A DNA stretch of 57,971 nt, the filler included, from Dirinaria sp. TL-2023a (Eukaryota): NCBI GenBank assembly GCA_051941275.1. It is 3 parts of 3 records of this genome, joined end to end, with 100 filler letters (N's around TTAATTAATTAA, not from the genome) between each part and the next. Parts side by side here need not be neighbours in the genome. Positions count along the whole stretch, not along the records: positions 1 to 19,305 come from JAVEBF010000342.1; positions 19,406 to 38,639 come from JAVEBF010000345.1; 1 more part is not named here. One strand, 5' to 3'. Both the position numbers and the translations under genes were made by a program. The notes beneath the pieces were generated by a model that was not told where the DNA came from, made no database searches, and saw nothing but the letters and a program-made list of their open reading frames with translations. Positions 11,247 to 25,400 of this stretch are shown here, piece by piece; within the stretch, counting starts at the first letter, position 1, and each line of letters starts with the position of its first letter.

Positions 11247-13451
11247 TCATGGCGTTTGTGTACCATCAGTCGTCAAGCCCATCAACCCACTAGCCAGACC
11301 TTTCATCCTTCGCCCAAGTAGATCCTCTTCACTTGCTAAGCTTACCATGCTCTGTTTCCTTCTATCTATACTTGGCCTCACGCGACTATCTCTTGAGCGC
11401 GGCGATGAATGGCTGTCCTCTTTGGTAGAGATGGTGCTCATTTGCAAAGGCATATCTTCATCCCCAGAACTCTCTGTTGGAACTCGCCTGTGATGTCTGT
11501 GCCTCGAGCTGAGGTGTATTGGCTCTGTATGGTGAGCTGATGATTGATGAAGGTTATCGTTTTCTGCGAAGATATCCTCAATCCAGCGGCCGCAGCGGAA
11601 GACGTGCCTCCAACCCTCCGGAAAGACAGAAACGAACTGTAGGAAGCCGTGAGAAATACCCGGGATGAGCATTACTTCAACATGATCTTTTTCATTGAAC
11701 TCATCTTTCTTTTTCCGGAGACCGAGTTCTTTTTTTTGGAGGAAATCGTTCTGTTTTGCTTGCCGGATACGGCCAGCAAAGATGACGGTATCATCGACCA
11801 GTGGGTCTCGCTCACCAGTCAGAAAGTAAGTCTTAGGAAACTTAGCAAGCATTGCTTCGGGGGCTAGCAAAGGCGAAAGCAAAAAGTCAGAACTAAAATC
11901 TGGTCGATTGTGCGGACCAACGTAGAGTATGATCATTGCGCGCATCATCTCTGGAGTTAAGACTCTATCATTGAAATATGAGATCATTGACGAAACGGCT
12001 AAGCGAGTCTTGAGTAGCTTCGGCCTCGAGGACGCAAGAGCAGAAGATTGGGATGCTACTGTGGGACCAGCCGCCAAATGTCCTTCCTTCGCCGCTGGTG
12101 ACTTCACAGCTGTTGTAGACGAGTCTTCATTAAGAACGATTCCAGCGTTGGGACCCGATGACAGAGACTCCGCATGCTCATCATCTGACGGATGTGGGGT
12201 ATCTGGTCTCAGCTTGTAGTAGTCCTGGCTCTTTCGTTTTAGAATATCCTTGTTGATCTTTCGCATACGCTGGTCTTGTATCAGAGACATTTGCTCGTCT
12301 GACATCCAATTGCCAATGTTCAAGTCGAGGGCAGGGTAAATGAGCACCAAGCCTTCAGGCGCTGGTAGACTCTGTTGGTCTTGCAGGCGTCGTTCCATAT
12401 TTGCGGACTCCAAAACCATCAAGCAAAGACCAACAGCGAAATTAGCGCCTGCACTGTCCCCAGTAAGAACAATGCGTGGCGGACTTAAGCCTGCCAGACC
12501 GATACACCTCCCAAGGGTAGCCACTAAGGTATGGTAAGCATCGTAGGCCTCGTTGAGCGCGTACGGATAAGGGTATTCTGGTGCTTTTCGATAGTCGAGG
12601 CTAAGCACCGGAAGCCCCGTGCGCGCAGCCCAGGCCATCAACTTGTCATCATGGTGCCGTGGGGTCATTGCGACAAAACCTCCCCCTGGTAGATCAAGGA
12701 CGATATTTGTATGGTTTCTGAGAGCCGACAACGGTCCGTCAAAGTAAAGCCATGCGTTAACAGGTTCATTGTATACCGACTCAGCCGGTCTGGGTATTCG
12801 GATCGCTCGAGGGGGATACTGCATGAGCTTTGGCCTCATGATTCGACTAACAAGTGAGAGGTATGGGGTCGTCGCTTTGTTCCACGATACTCGCAGATGG
12901 TCGACAGTCAAGAGACCTCTGACTTTGCGAACCTTCTCATCCGCTTGCTCTGCAGCAATTAGGTAGTATACCGAAAATACCATCGACGCCAGATCTCTCA
13001 GCCATTTCCGCTTGATTTTCATAGCAGTCCAAAAGCCCGCATCTAATGCAGTTGTGACCCAAGTCGCCCGAAAGTATGCCCTGTTATACAGATTTGCCAA
13101 CGGTTCTGGGGACTCTAAGCCGAATATCTTCGCAAAGTTGCGGGCTGTGTATAGCCATAAGAGCGTTAAAACGAGGGTTTGCCAGGCTGTGAGCCGTTTA
13201 GAGAGACGGGCGGATATATTCCGAAGGATGGGTGGGCCATGGTTGTTACCTCTATGGCTGGTCAGCATATACACTCTACTTTACCTCCCTAGACGTAGCT
13301 TACCGCAACAAATACAAGGACCAAAAGGATACCACCGCGAAGACCTGAATCTTGCGGAATTTGATGGATGGGCGTCCAAGTACATGGTCTAGAGTGCATT
13401 GAGCAAACAAGCTACGGGAGACAATTTAATGGCCGTGTTCATACCTATCAT
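11247..13451 (-). CDS. Hormone-sensitive-lipase-like alpha/beta hydrolase (Abhydrolase_3)
   Basis: join(13451..13445, 13388..13304, 13251..11247); starts MIDHVLGRPS; oxyanion LPGGGF, nucleophile GDSAG, DPLVDD and HGF motifs. Confidence 0.92.
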
Positions 13452-14098
13452 GGCTGAAACTCAACAATCCAGATATACCCCGAACGCCAACACGTGAAGG
13501 AGAAAAATGACTAGACGCCCAGACACATGAGAGTACCTGGTTACTCCTCTCAAATTGCGAGTTCGTGAAAGGCCGGCTCAATTTGGTTGCAGGATCAAAG
13601 GATTCGAGGAGAAAGGCAATCTCAGCCGTAGTCAAGCAATGCCATGTGAAGGGCTCCGCGTAGGCACGGGACAAGCAAAGAGGGATTCATACGTGATAAG
13701 GCAGTGACACTTAAGATCCACAGATGGGACTCCGGATTGTGTTTTCATGGGGAAAGTATTGATTGCGTCTGACAGGCCGAGTAGGTACAGTATGTAATCT
13801 CAAGGCTGGCTCGGCTGGATACGGTAGGCATCAGGCGTGCAGGCTTGCATGTGATTCCCTTTTACTGCCGAAGAGTCGGCTGTCGGCGATTACGATCACC
13901 GATGCCAAGACCGAGGTTCGCAGCGAAGTTGATTAGGTAGATGGTACTTAATCTTACAATTGGTTGTGGGCCTTAAGGTATCCAAAATTGCTATTATGCC
14001 GAGCAGAGTCTTACAAGTCCATATCTATGTACATGTACAGCGTAATCCTGCAATCTATCATGCTACAGTTAACGTACTCTACACACCTCGTGCGCCCC

Positions 14099-17000
14099 TC
14101 AAGCTTCAACAGCCACAGTAGCCGGCTTGACCAGCGTGCCACCCTTGATACTTCGGGAAGATTTGTACGGTCGAATAGCGGGGCCTTCAACCTGTGCAAA
14201 CTGAGACTGAGCAAGTTTCATACGCTGCCTCTGCGCCTCACCAGTCCTATCGCTTCCCTGATCATCGACCCACTGGATTTTCTCAATTCTGAAGCTCATT
14301 CCATCATGTGTGTTACCCCATGATCGAGATTTGATGCCGTGAGCAATGTGGGATGCATATTTTTCCAGCGTGGGAAGGACGAGCAGACCCAGGTGCAGGT
14401 CCTTGTCTGGAGGCGGTAGCATCGGTTCTGCTGGCGGGCTGGTGAACGTATCTGGTCCATCGGAACCGGGTCTAGTGACTGTGTTCTCTGTCTTATCATG
14501 GCTCGGTAGCTCGAGCGCGGCGGGATCAACGTCTTCGCCAAAGTCGCCACGGATCCAGCCGGAATGGATTGCCGCAGCAATTGGATCCGAGTCATCAGTG
14601 TAGACGTCCGTGCCCCATAGCGCTCGACGCCGGCAAATTTCCTCACGCTCTTGGGCACCCAGGTAGAACCTCGGGATGCGAACAGTGAAGGTGCAGTTCT
14701 CCTTCCCTTCGTAGCGCGGTAGTGGGTTTGGCGTGCTTGAATAGCCGAGGTGGGAGGATAGAGTAGCGTTAGATGTGGCAGGTTCGAGGGATGATGAATA
14801 CACTGTAGACCCTAAGTGTACTCGCGGTAGATGACGGACACTATTGAGTAAAGCTTCGTTATTGATGATAGTATTAGGTATTCGAGGAGGTTTCGGTGTG
14901 TGGTGGTGGTGATGATGTGCGATATGGTGATGGGTGTGATGGCGATGAGGGCCTGTTGAGTTTCCCTGCGCTGGAGTGTGCATACGTTTCCCACTGCTAG
15001 CAGTCGGAGTAGCGGTACCATTGCTTCTGTCTTCGTCGGCATGGTGATGGCGGTGGCTACACATATCATTAGTACCACGTCATTTAAGTACCCGCCCTGT
15101 CTACTTACTGGTGGACATGAGGATACGGGTGGTAGTGGTGATTCGCCCTGTTCCTTTTAACGACTCTAGAACCAGTAGAGGCACCATCAACTTCCTCGAC
15201 TGCTGACTTTGACTCTTCGTCTCTGGCCTTCCTGGACCTCTTCACTCCTCGCGATGCTGTGGCTGGCTTGGTTGCAGCAAGCTCAGCACGATTGTTGAAT
15301 GATGACCGATGTTGGTCGTGGCTCATCGTGGGGCTCGGTGGAGCAAACGGTGTCGATGCTCCACTTCCATTAGGACCAGCGCTGCCCACACCGCTGCCTA
15401 TGCCTGAAAACATACGAGCGAACTCATTCTTAATACCAGGATCACTAGCTGGTCCACTAGTACGGCGTTGAGCGCCTTGGACTGCTTGTGGAAGAGGTGA
15501 GAATCGGCCGCGACTTCTATTGCTCTCCATCAGCATGGCCAGTGAGCTCTTGCGATGGCCAGTGAGTTCATCTTTGAGGTGTTGCTGATCGTTTCCATCA
15601 GCTTCCCTCGAAATTTCTTGAGGATTCGGGAAGGATTCCGTCTGCCGGTCCTCGGGGAAACTGGAAGCGCGTTCAGGGTTTGACGGTGATTGGGCTGAAG
15701 GCCGTTGATGGAGCCCTTGCCGCTCCTTCTGTAGGCGGCGCAAGGATTCCGACGAGAAAGGAGACTGAGTGAGATTGTGGGATTGGGACTGGTGTTCGAG
15801 GGGTCGAATAGGCCCCAGTTGTTTCACATCCCTCTTATGTCGGTCTGTGGGATCGGAATTCGATGAAGGGCGTGATAGATGGGAATTGCTCAACCCGTTG
15901 GTATGATCTTGTTCGGGCCTAATCTCTCCTTTCAAATGCGTGCGTCTTCGATCGGTTGCTGATCCGGCGCCGTACTGCAGCCGGTCGCTACCCGCACGCT
16001 CCCCAGGGTTGGGCCTCGATGTGTCCTCTGTAATCGCGTGGTCTATTTCAACGTACTGTTTCTTCCCATCCCGATGATGTCTCGTGGGATCAGGGTTTCG
16101 AGGAAGTATTTCACTCAGGTCTTGAGGAGGGTTTTGGCTGCTTGGCTGACTGCTTGGTCGCTGCGAATCCCTGATATCTGGGGGAGGCCTCCCTCTATGG
16201 GGATTGCTGCCTGAGATGGGGGAGTATTGTGGCGCTTGAGCTCCTGGTAGTAAGCTACTTTTATCCATCTCAAGAGAAGTAGGTTGGCCAAGAGATGTTG
16301 GGCCACCAGAGAAAGAACGGAAAGGGCGACCTAATGAAGCGCTTGACACTTTGTACTTCCCCGGAGAAGTGGATCTCTCACTAAATACTGAGTTGCCATA
16401 GTTAACTCGGGGCGAGGACGCTTCATGATTTCCTTGACGGATTGGTGAGGTCAGGAGATTGGTCAATGATTTGGAAGAATTAGTTGGGTGGCCGTTGAGT
16501 GTGGTTTCACGAGCAGGCTTTGCAGGGTCTGAGCCAAGCATTGAAGAGATAGACATGCTACTGGATGGGCGTTGGCTAGCAGACGGAGCAGGCAAATCGC
16601 GACCATTAGAGAAAGACGTTAACGAAGCCCGAGAGGGCGCAGGCTGGGTAGGGTGCTGTGCCTGCGGGGCGTGAGGCGAAGGCGGCAGCATTTGGCGACC
16701 ACTGGATAGATAGCGCTCTGTGGCTCCTGAATATATGAGTTAGCAACCATCGAGAAAATGGCGAGTGGCGTGTTCAGAAATGATAGACTTCAAGGGACAC
16801 AAAAAACGAATCGAAACAGGCTTGCGCCTTGTTCTCTTGGGAGTGATTAAGCGAAAAGGGTACAGACCGCCGAAGGCTGTCGGAGAGCCGGCATGCCCGC
16901 CGAGGCGCCGTTGAGTATCTTCTTGAGCGACTTGCGCTTGGCTGTAGGACCCAGAGCTGAGGGAAGGAGGGGCGGATGTCAAGGATTGTGACATGGTTCG

Positions 17001-17916
17001 GTCTCGTGTATCTGGGATATATCAGCAAGACTGTCATCTTCGGCTCGGCGCGCTAGTGACTGGCGCCGGGGAAATTTTGCAAGGATCTTTCGAAACGCGG
17101 GGAAAGCCGAGAGTTACGGTTTCGCTAACTGTTTCGAGGTCGCATTTTGCCAACACACACGGAAGAGATGATAAGGGCCCTGATAGAACATCTAACCAAG
17201 ACCCTCCACCGTGTGGAAACACTGACCTCGTAGCGAGCGTGTCGTAGCGTACGCATCGATGCTGGGCATCATGCTGAGCATTGCGCCTCGAGAAACGTAA
17301 AGCGCAAAAGGACAACTCGGAAGTGTAACGCGCGAAGAAATAGGAACAAGATCAGAATGAAAGCAACGATGACCAGAGTAATCGAAGATGTAGACAGAAT
17401 CGAACAGAGTGAAACGTGCGGCACGCGCTACAGTCGTGGGAAGAGCCAGCTCGCTTATCCTGAGCAGCACAGGCGTCTCGAGGCCACAGCGAACAGACTG
17501 TTCCACCGGAGACTCTTGATACAGCCGAAAGGAAGTTTCGTACCTTCTGCGCCATGCGATGAGTATCTGTCCATCCTTCTGTCGCCGTATATTGTACCCG
17601 AGCCAAAGCTACTCCGGCGCAGATGGTCGCTGCTTGCCGCTGCATCTTGCGAGGCCGATATGGAGGGGCTAGAGTACTGCGGGGTCTGAGGTAGGCCGAA
17701 ATTTCGAGGCGCATTAAGGAGGGATGGACTTCTGCGCTGTTCGTCGAAGTCATTCCTTCGACGGAGGAACGGATCGTTCTTGTGGATGGTTTCGGAGCGC
17801 GGTGTGGAAGGTTGGGATCGGAATGGAGGAGGTGGTATAGGACCGAAGCGGGGATCGCGTGTTGTTTGCTGGGACTGCGGTCGTGAGAAAGGGTGGTTTG
17901 GGGGTCGCGGATCCAT
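14099..17916 (-). CDS. RXT3: Rpd3L histone deacetylase complex subunit Rxt3
   Basis: join(17916..17544, 17011..16868, 16726..15109, 15056..14099), all phases consistent; long disordered N-terminus, His-rich tract, C-terminal LWGTDVYTDDSDPIAAAIHSGW...SRSWGNTHDGMSF. Confidence 0.9.
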
Positions 17917-18503
17917 CCCCTTCACCGACTCGCCAGCAGTGTCGCGACCAGCTCGGAATCTCGGAATCTCGGAAAATGGCGATATAGATCTGGCTTCGGT
18001 TACAACACCATATCATTACTTCGAGAGACAAGCACAAAGCTGGGACGCAGAGCCGTCAGAATCGTTCAGTCGAGTGGAAGAGAATAGTGGTGGTACAGTA
18101 CACATTGGGAGAGTTTGCAAAATGGCAAAGCAAGGAAGCTCATTTCAGGCGCGCCGATCATCTGTGCAGGGGGCTCGAGGGGCGCCCGTTACCGTATCCG
18201 TACCTTAGCATGCAGTCGATCTGCAACGCAAGATCCTTGCAAGCCTCATCCGAGCTTCGGATCTGCGTCACCATTTGCCTTTCGAGCCCTTGTTTCTACG
18301 ACCGGCCAGGGGGCCCTCGGGCTAGAAGCAGCATGACTGATGACTCAGCATTGCATCCGAGGGGTCGAGGGGGCCGAGGAGCCTTCTTCGGTTGCCCGAG
18401 GTCACGTCGAGTTCTGTATGTACAGTACCGTCTTAATGGTGGTTCACTTGCAGATAGGGAGACAGCTCGGTGAGATGATTGTTGCTGGACCTCATGCAGC
18501 GAT

Positions 18504-19305
18504 ATGCTGCCACTTCCAGGCGCTTCTTCCTCTACTTGGGCTATGTGGGGAGCTCGAGTGAGAGCCTTGTTTGAAGGCGCTGACCTTCGCATCTGTTCGG
18601 CATTCTGGCTCTTCGGTACGCGATGTCGACGTGATATTGTACTCGATCAAGCTGATACTTAACAGGTCTCATCAACAACGTCCTCTATGTCATCATTCTC
18701 TCCGCTGCACTCGACCTGATCGGACCTGATATACCCAAGGGCGTGGTGCTCCTGGCAGACGTTATCCCTTCCTTCGTTACAAAGCTATGCGCTCCCTACT
18801 TCATCCATACAGTACCATATCCCATCCGTGTTATCCTCTTCTCACTGCTCTCGGCATGGGGCATGCTTCTCATAGCTTTAACACCGAGCTACGTCGACGG
18901 CGGTACCATTAGTACAAAGTTGGCTGGCGTGGTACTGGCCAGTCTGAGCAGTGGAGGTGGTGAATTGAGTTTCTTGGGGTTGACGCACTTTTTTGGGCCT
19001 TCCAGTCTTGCTGCCTGGGGCAGCGGTACAGGTGGCGCCGGGTTGGTGGGCGCAGGCGCATACTCGTTGGCGACTACGACCTTCGGCATGAGCGTGCAGA
19101 GGAGTTTGTTCGTCTCTGCGTTCCTGCCCATCATCATGCTGGTCAGCTTCTTTGTTATCTTACCTCGGAGACCCTCGAGTCGCTCGGCTAGAGTATCCGT
19201 TGTGGAGGAAGAAGGTGGCATCGAACATGTTGACGAGGATCTACTCACACCACACCGCGAAGAGGACAGGCTTCTGGACAATTCTATGCCAAAGGCCATA
19301 AACTC
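18504..19305 (+). CDS. BTN1: Battenin/CLN3-family vacuolar membrane protein, 3' end lost in the assembly gap
   Basis: join(18504..18615, 18666..>19305); [51 protein letters not shown]. Confidence 0.95.
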
Positions 19306-19405
19306 NNNNNNNNNNNNNNNNNNNNNNNNNNNNNNNNNNNNNNNNNNNNTTAATTAATTAANNNNNNNNNNNNNNNNNNNNNNNNNNNNNNNNNNNNNNN
19401 NNNNN
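19306..19405. other. Artificial contig spacer / assembly gap
   Basis: 44 N + TTAATTAATTAA (stop codons in all six frames) + 44 N = exactly 100 nt. Confidence 0.98.
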
Positions 19406-22400
19406 CTCTCGCGACCAGATCAATCACCGTCTGGCCGGCGGGCAGATTCCCCTCCGGCGTGCCCCCCAGCCCCAAAGCCCGCTTCACAATCAGCGCCGTG
19501 TTCTCCCTCACCACATCTCGAAGTCCTTCGACCCCGCTCAGTCCAGGACCCCACACCCCCTGCGCGCCTCTCCCCTGCGTCGTCATCCAGTAGATCATTT
19601 CATCCCGGACGAAGATTTCAAGCTGGGCCTCCAGTTCCTCCTCGGGCTCGATCAAGCAGCGTGCGATGGCCTGCAGGGCGGCGACAAAGATCCCCTCCGT
19701 GGCCAGCGGGCCCATGAGCGTTTGCAGGTTCGGGGTCAGCCGGAAGGGGACGGGTTCCGGGTTGTGGAAGATGGGTCGCTGGGACGCCATCTGCGGCGCG
19801 AGCTCGCTGCCCCAGATATTGCCCGTGGCGCGCGCAATGGTCAGCTTGTGCGGGTACCGGCTCGTCATGTGCATCGTGTAGGTGAGGAACGTCAGCGCCG
19901 CCAGCTGGTAGCTGAAGCGCCGGCGGAAGAGCCAGAAATCGGCAAACGACGGGTACGTGGCCGAGAAGTACTCCTGAGCGATGGTCGCGGGGACCCATTT
20001 CTGGACGATGGCTTTGAAGGTTTCGAGCTTGAAGGGCATGGTTTGCTCGGCGGAGCGGATGCTGCGGAGGTCGGACATGGCCGACATTGCGCGCAGGCGG
20101 TCCATGGTGAAGAGCACTGGATCGTCTTTGTTTTGGCTCTGGCGCCGGCAATAGTCTTCGTAGATGCCTTGCAGAGAGATGTATGATGCGTCATCTTGAA
20201 CGAGGCGGAAAGGTGGCGCGATGGGGATCATGCGTGGGAGGAAAAACTGCAGGTTACGCCGGCGAGACTCTTTGCGCTTGGAGAGGGTCCCGTTGAAGAT
20301 GCGGAAAAGTTGCAGGATCCGCTCTTCGCGACGCGAGTGTCGAGCAGCGGGGTGCTGTATGGCGAAAGGATGCACGGAGCCGTCATGTCCGCGGATTTTG
20401 AGACGACGATGCGAGAAGCCGACGGTACGCACAAGATCAATATTGGGTAGGAAGCGTTCAATGCGGACAAAGTCTTGGTTTTTGTCGGCGTGCTCGAGGT
20501 ACTGCCCTGGTACTTCCACTTCGTCGAATTTCCCAAATCGAAATTCGGAGAGGTGAGGGCTGTAGCTCTCCAGGCTTTGATGCTGGACACGGCGATCGAG
20601 TTTCTCTTCGAACTTGTCGCGCCATTTGCATAGCTTGTGGATGTATTCGTACATGGTCGGGCGTTTGGCGACGAAATCTTCTTCGAACGAGCCTTTGATG
20701 TGCGAGGGAAGAATGGTTTGGGAGAAACGGCGGATGTTGTGCTCCGTCGCTGGAGGAAGCTTGAAGTCTTGGGCGTAGGCTGATGGAGTTCGACTAACGT
20801 AGGCCAAGGCGTCGTTGAGCAATGCTACTATGAGTCGATACGCATCCTCATCTGGAGGACACTTGAAGTGTTTCTGTATCTGATCCACCATAGTCTCCAT
20901 GGTGAGAGCCAAGAAGGGAAAGGCCGTCTTCAGCACCGCCATTATCTCTTCGGAGTGGTCCCAAGCAGGCTTCTTCACCGGCTGCGCAGGCGGGTCTGTA
21001 CCTCCCATCTGGGTGTCTCCGTTTGTCTCTGATTTGGTCGCGCCAGACCCGTCAGGTTGATCTGGCTGAGATGTATGGCCGTTGGACACATCCTCACCAT
21101 TCGCAGTCCCTGGTCTGGAAGCACTGCCTGCTCTGGCGTTCTGTTCCGGCGAGCTGTGTTGTTTCACATTCGGTGATTGCTGCTGCTTGGCTTTGTTGCT
21201 ATCCAACTGCTTCTGGTCCTGCTGCTTCTTGATGGCCAGCATGTCCTCGCGATTGGTCCTCAGCAGGAAGTACAGCGCCTGCGGGTATTTCTTTGCAATC
21301 ATTACAAGTATACTCCGGGACATGTGAGCCTCGGAATGCGAAAGGCCTGTCAACAGCTGAGGTATAAAGGTGATCCAGTACCAAACAGGGGTTTCGCCGG
21401 GGAAGTCTTCAAACGCTTTTGCCATCTCACCATCTGGGCTGTCGATGCTCAGCAGCCAAAGTACCCGGCTAAGGAGCTTTCTGGACTTGGCGTTCTTGTA
21501 CTGGCCTGCGGCTTCCAGATAACAGGCAACGGCTGCGGCACCCGCACTGGCCTCGTGTGGCTTCTCCTTGAACTCGTCGTCATTGAAGACACCCCACTCA
21601 GCCCAAGCCTTGGGTAACCGGATATCATAGTACAATGCCGTGCCAAAGGCAGCATTGGCCTGCTCTTTATGCCCTAGTTTCGCCAAGAACATCCCCTTCA
21701 ACGTGAAGAACTCGGCCTTCTGCTGCTGGCCAAAGTAATTGAGATTCGTGTTGTTGATGACCTCCAACCCGCTGCTAAGCTCACTGCGATTCTGATAATG
21801 GCATTTGGCCTGTTCACGTAGCTTCAAGAAGGCTTCTTGGATCTCGATATTGGGCAAGGTGTAGATCTTGCTCAGCTGTGAAATGCAAACTTCTGGAAGT
21901 TGATGCTTCCTAGCGACATGAGCGAAGCGGTTGATGATCCATGCAGTTTCATGGTATCCTCGGTAGGCGTAAGAGTTCCCGGTTGCGTTTGTCTGGTTCT
22001 GCGGAAGCAAATTCAGATACGTGCGATTGATGAGCTGGAAGATATGTTGCCGCCAGGTTACGAGGTCCTGCCAAGCGTTGATGTCGTCCCAAACATTCGG
22101 TAGTCTGTCTCGCCATGTACCCAGTAGGAGTTTGAGTTCCTGGGATTTCGTATCCAGGTTGGTTGACGTGGTCACCGCCAGACTGTTACATATGACGTTT
22201 GCATCGTGCAGTTCGACGAGCTGCTGGAAGTTTTGCAGGATCGGTATGTGAGCATTGGTGATACGCTTTGGCAACTGATGCCATTTCTTGATCGAAAGCT
22301 GGATGGATTCGTCGCATATCTTGCTGAATTCTTGCGGTGCCTCAATCTTCTCATGTAACCTCAACAGCGAAACGAAAGCTTGGAAAAACGTCCTCCTGGG

Positions 22401-25400
22401 GGTAGGCGCGTCAGAAACGGCTTTGATGATCGAACTCAACTGCTCCAGCTGGTCTTGCTGTTGCCATATCTCGAGCGTTCTCCATGCCGATTCGAGCAGC
22501 AGGTCGTTGAAGTTTTCATGCTTGGCAAAGTCGCTCAATATATCCCATTGCTGCAATTTCTGTGCACACAGTACCCAATGATCCTCCCACAGCATGTATT
22601 CGCCTTGCGAGAAGGGCACTGACCCAGTGCGTGCCTTAATCTGTGCGCCTTCGTAGAATTCTTGCGCTTTGTCCCACATGCCGTTTTGCTCGTATGAAAG
22701 TGCGCAGTTCGTTTCAGTGAATTTGCTTCGCCGCCGCCAAGTACCGTAGAACAGATCGTCTTCTTGTAGTCCGGCGTAGATCTCGATGAGTGCATCAAGA
22801 TTGCTTTCTCGCACGGTTGGCGTATCAATCACGGGTGTGATTGCAGCTTCTTCCAAAGCGACTGCCGTCGTATACCACACATCGTATGTTTTACTGAGAA
22901 ACTTCATGACGTGAGGGGGGAACTTGCACTTGGGTTTGGCTCGAACAATGCCTTCAAGAAGGGCTTGGACGACATTCGGCCGCCGGTCGACTTGACGCTG
23001 ATGGTAGTCCTTGGTAAGCAGCGTCACCATGCCTTTCTCAATCTCACTACGGTCGTCCCGAGACAGCAGAGACCAGCAAAGTGGGAACAAGGCCACCCAG
23101 ACATCGTATGCGACTTGCGGCTCCGTGTGCTGTAGTTGGCACAGCGGCTCGAGCACATCACGGGCGCGAACATCACCTAAGCTTGCGTAGAAGCGAGAAT
23201 AGTCGGTCATGAAATTTGCGAATTGGCTGTCGAGCGTTAATTTGTCCTTGCGGCTATCATCTCGTGAAATACCGAAAAGCTGCGCAGGAGAAATCAGGGT
23301 GAAGTCTTCTTCGTGCAGCTCAACGTTGGCACCCATCTCCACGGCGCCAAAGACCAATTGTATAGCCTGGCTTAACCAGAAAGAATCGCTGAGGGTGTCC
23401 CAGTTCTGTGAGATGAGAATGTACAATAGGCGTGCGCTGATGGCTTTTTGCAGGCTCTTATCGAACACATTCATGAAACGCTCGCGCATTTCGACGTCCT
23501 GCGCTCGTGTGCCAACAAGGAAGGCATGTTCTAGCCTTACCGTGAGCTCCGTTCGCGTGATCCTTGGGTCCTCGTAAATGCGTATGACCAGATTCAAGAA
23601 CTTGTGCAACAGCGTTGGGTCAGGCCTTGTTTCAAACCCAAGCATCTTGTGTAGGACAGCTGTCTTCTCCTTCAACGTTGGCCAAGGCTCGTTCGATTCG
23701 AAGACCCAAAACTCTACCAGGCTCAGCACCTTCTCACAGAGCTTCGTATTCGCGGATCTCTCCACCAGAGTTGCAAGAATACTGAGGAAAGCTCGCCGGC
23801 GATCGCCTAGCGCTGCCATTCGTAGTGAGAGTACGTCCGTGGCTTTTAGTGCGAGATCGGTCGAGATCTCAAGCTCTCGCGGATCGAGTGCATCCGTTGC
23901 ACGGGCCCCAGATGCAAGCAATTGAGCGGGTGGTGCTGGCGGTTGAACTTGGTCTTTTGCAAGCTTCGATGTCAACGCATTAATGATCTGCTGAATATGT
24001 TGATCGACCTCCTTAGGCCGGACCTGGACAAGGCTCCATAGAATATTAATGCTGGGCATGAGAATTTGGTTAGCCATAGTATCTGTAGCCACGGCAGATA
24101 TGAAATTGATGAACTCTGTAGCCGGTGTTTCGACCTCCATATCGTCTTCTTCCCTTTCCTCGGTGGGCAAAGCTTCGAGGATTCGTCTTAACAGCGGTCT
24201 GATAGTACGTCCGTCATCCAGCTGCTGATCAGATATGTGGAGACTCTCCTGAATTTCAGGCTCCTCAAAGCGAATGGGTTTCTCGAGTATCTTTTGGATG
24301 GCGGTGAGATTCGACAAGACCCATTCATCAGATTTCACATTCAAAACTACCCTTATGACTTGCAACGTGTTGATGATACTTGTGTTCATCTTGTCGTCAC
24401 CCTTATCGGTCTTTTCCGACGCCAGTATCTGATCCGTCATCCTCGACATGATGTCGACATCGACATCAACCCAAAGATCCGGGGCGAGGAGATCGTGCAA
24501 AAGCCAGATGGCCTTCTTGCACATTTCATTTGGAGGCAACGGTGCCTGCTGCGCTGCGGATCCAATTTCCCGCAGCTTCGCCGCAGGTAACGGGTACCGC
24601 TCTGGAAGGGTGCAGATAAATTGTACGAGATACTTCAACAGCATGGCTCGAAGAGGCATTTGGATGACAAAGTCCGTCTTCTCCGCAATTCCAGACGACG
24701 TACTGAATGTTGATGACGGAGTGGGTCCTTGAGAAAGATCCAGTTTGCGCATCTTGGCCGGAACGGAATCAGACGAGCCCGATGATGGTCTGTCTCCTCC
24801 ACGCACCCGTACCTTCTCCCAGTGCAGAATCATCTGGATCAGGTTGAGAACTAATTTCTTGTGTTCGTTTGATGGGTTCGGTAGAGGTGCAATTTTCGAC
24901 AGAGACGGGATGATGTGGTTTACAAATTGCTCGCGAGCTTCGTAAAAGAGGTCAGGGTGCCGGACCATGAATTGAAAGATACAGATGATCTGTTGCAGAT
25001 TTGAGCTCTCTTCAGAGAGAATCTTCTTCGGCCATTTGGCCCAAATAGGATACCTCACATCCGCTGGAACGGCGCTGCTCAGCCGTTTTGGGAGATATGG
25101 AGCGACTAGATCAAGAGCTTGAATCACGAGAGCCCGACCTTCGTTCTGGTGAGCCTTGAGCAAGGCGATATAAATTTGGTTGACGATCTTTGTCGGCGTT
25201 TCGAATTGAGCGATGAAATAGCTCACCAATACGTATGCGGCGTGCTTATTGATGGTATCTTCCAGTTTCATGTAGCTCCATCCAAACTTGATAATATCCT
25301 TGCGAGCTTCGCTGACCTGACTGTGGTAATATTTGAGTAGTAGAGCGGACAGCTGCAACAACTCCAGACGTGAGTGGTCAGCCCCAGGCTGAGCATTCTC

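Noticed and set aside
19350..19361. Palindromic TTAATTAATTAA (also at 38684-38695) as a biological repeat
   Set aside because: It sits centrally in identical 100-nt N spacers and is an artificial six-frame stop linker. ORF-track entries running into it (XXX..LIN) are artefacts.
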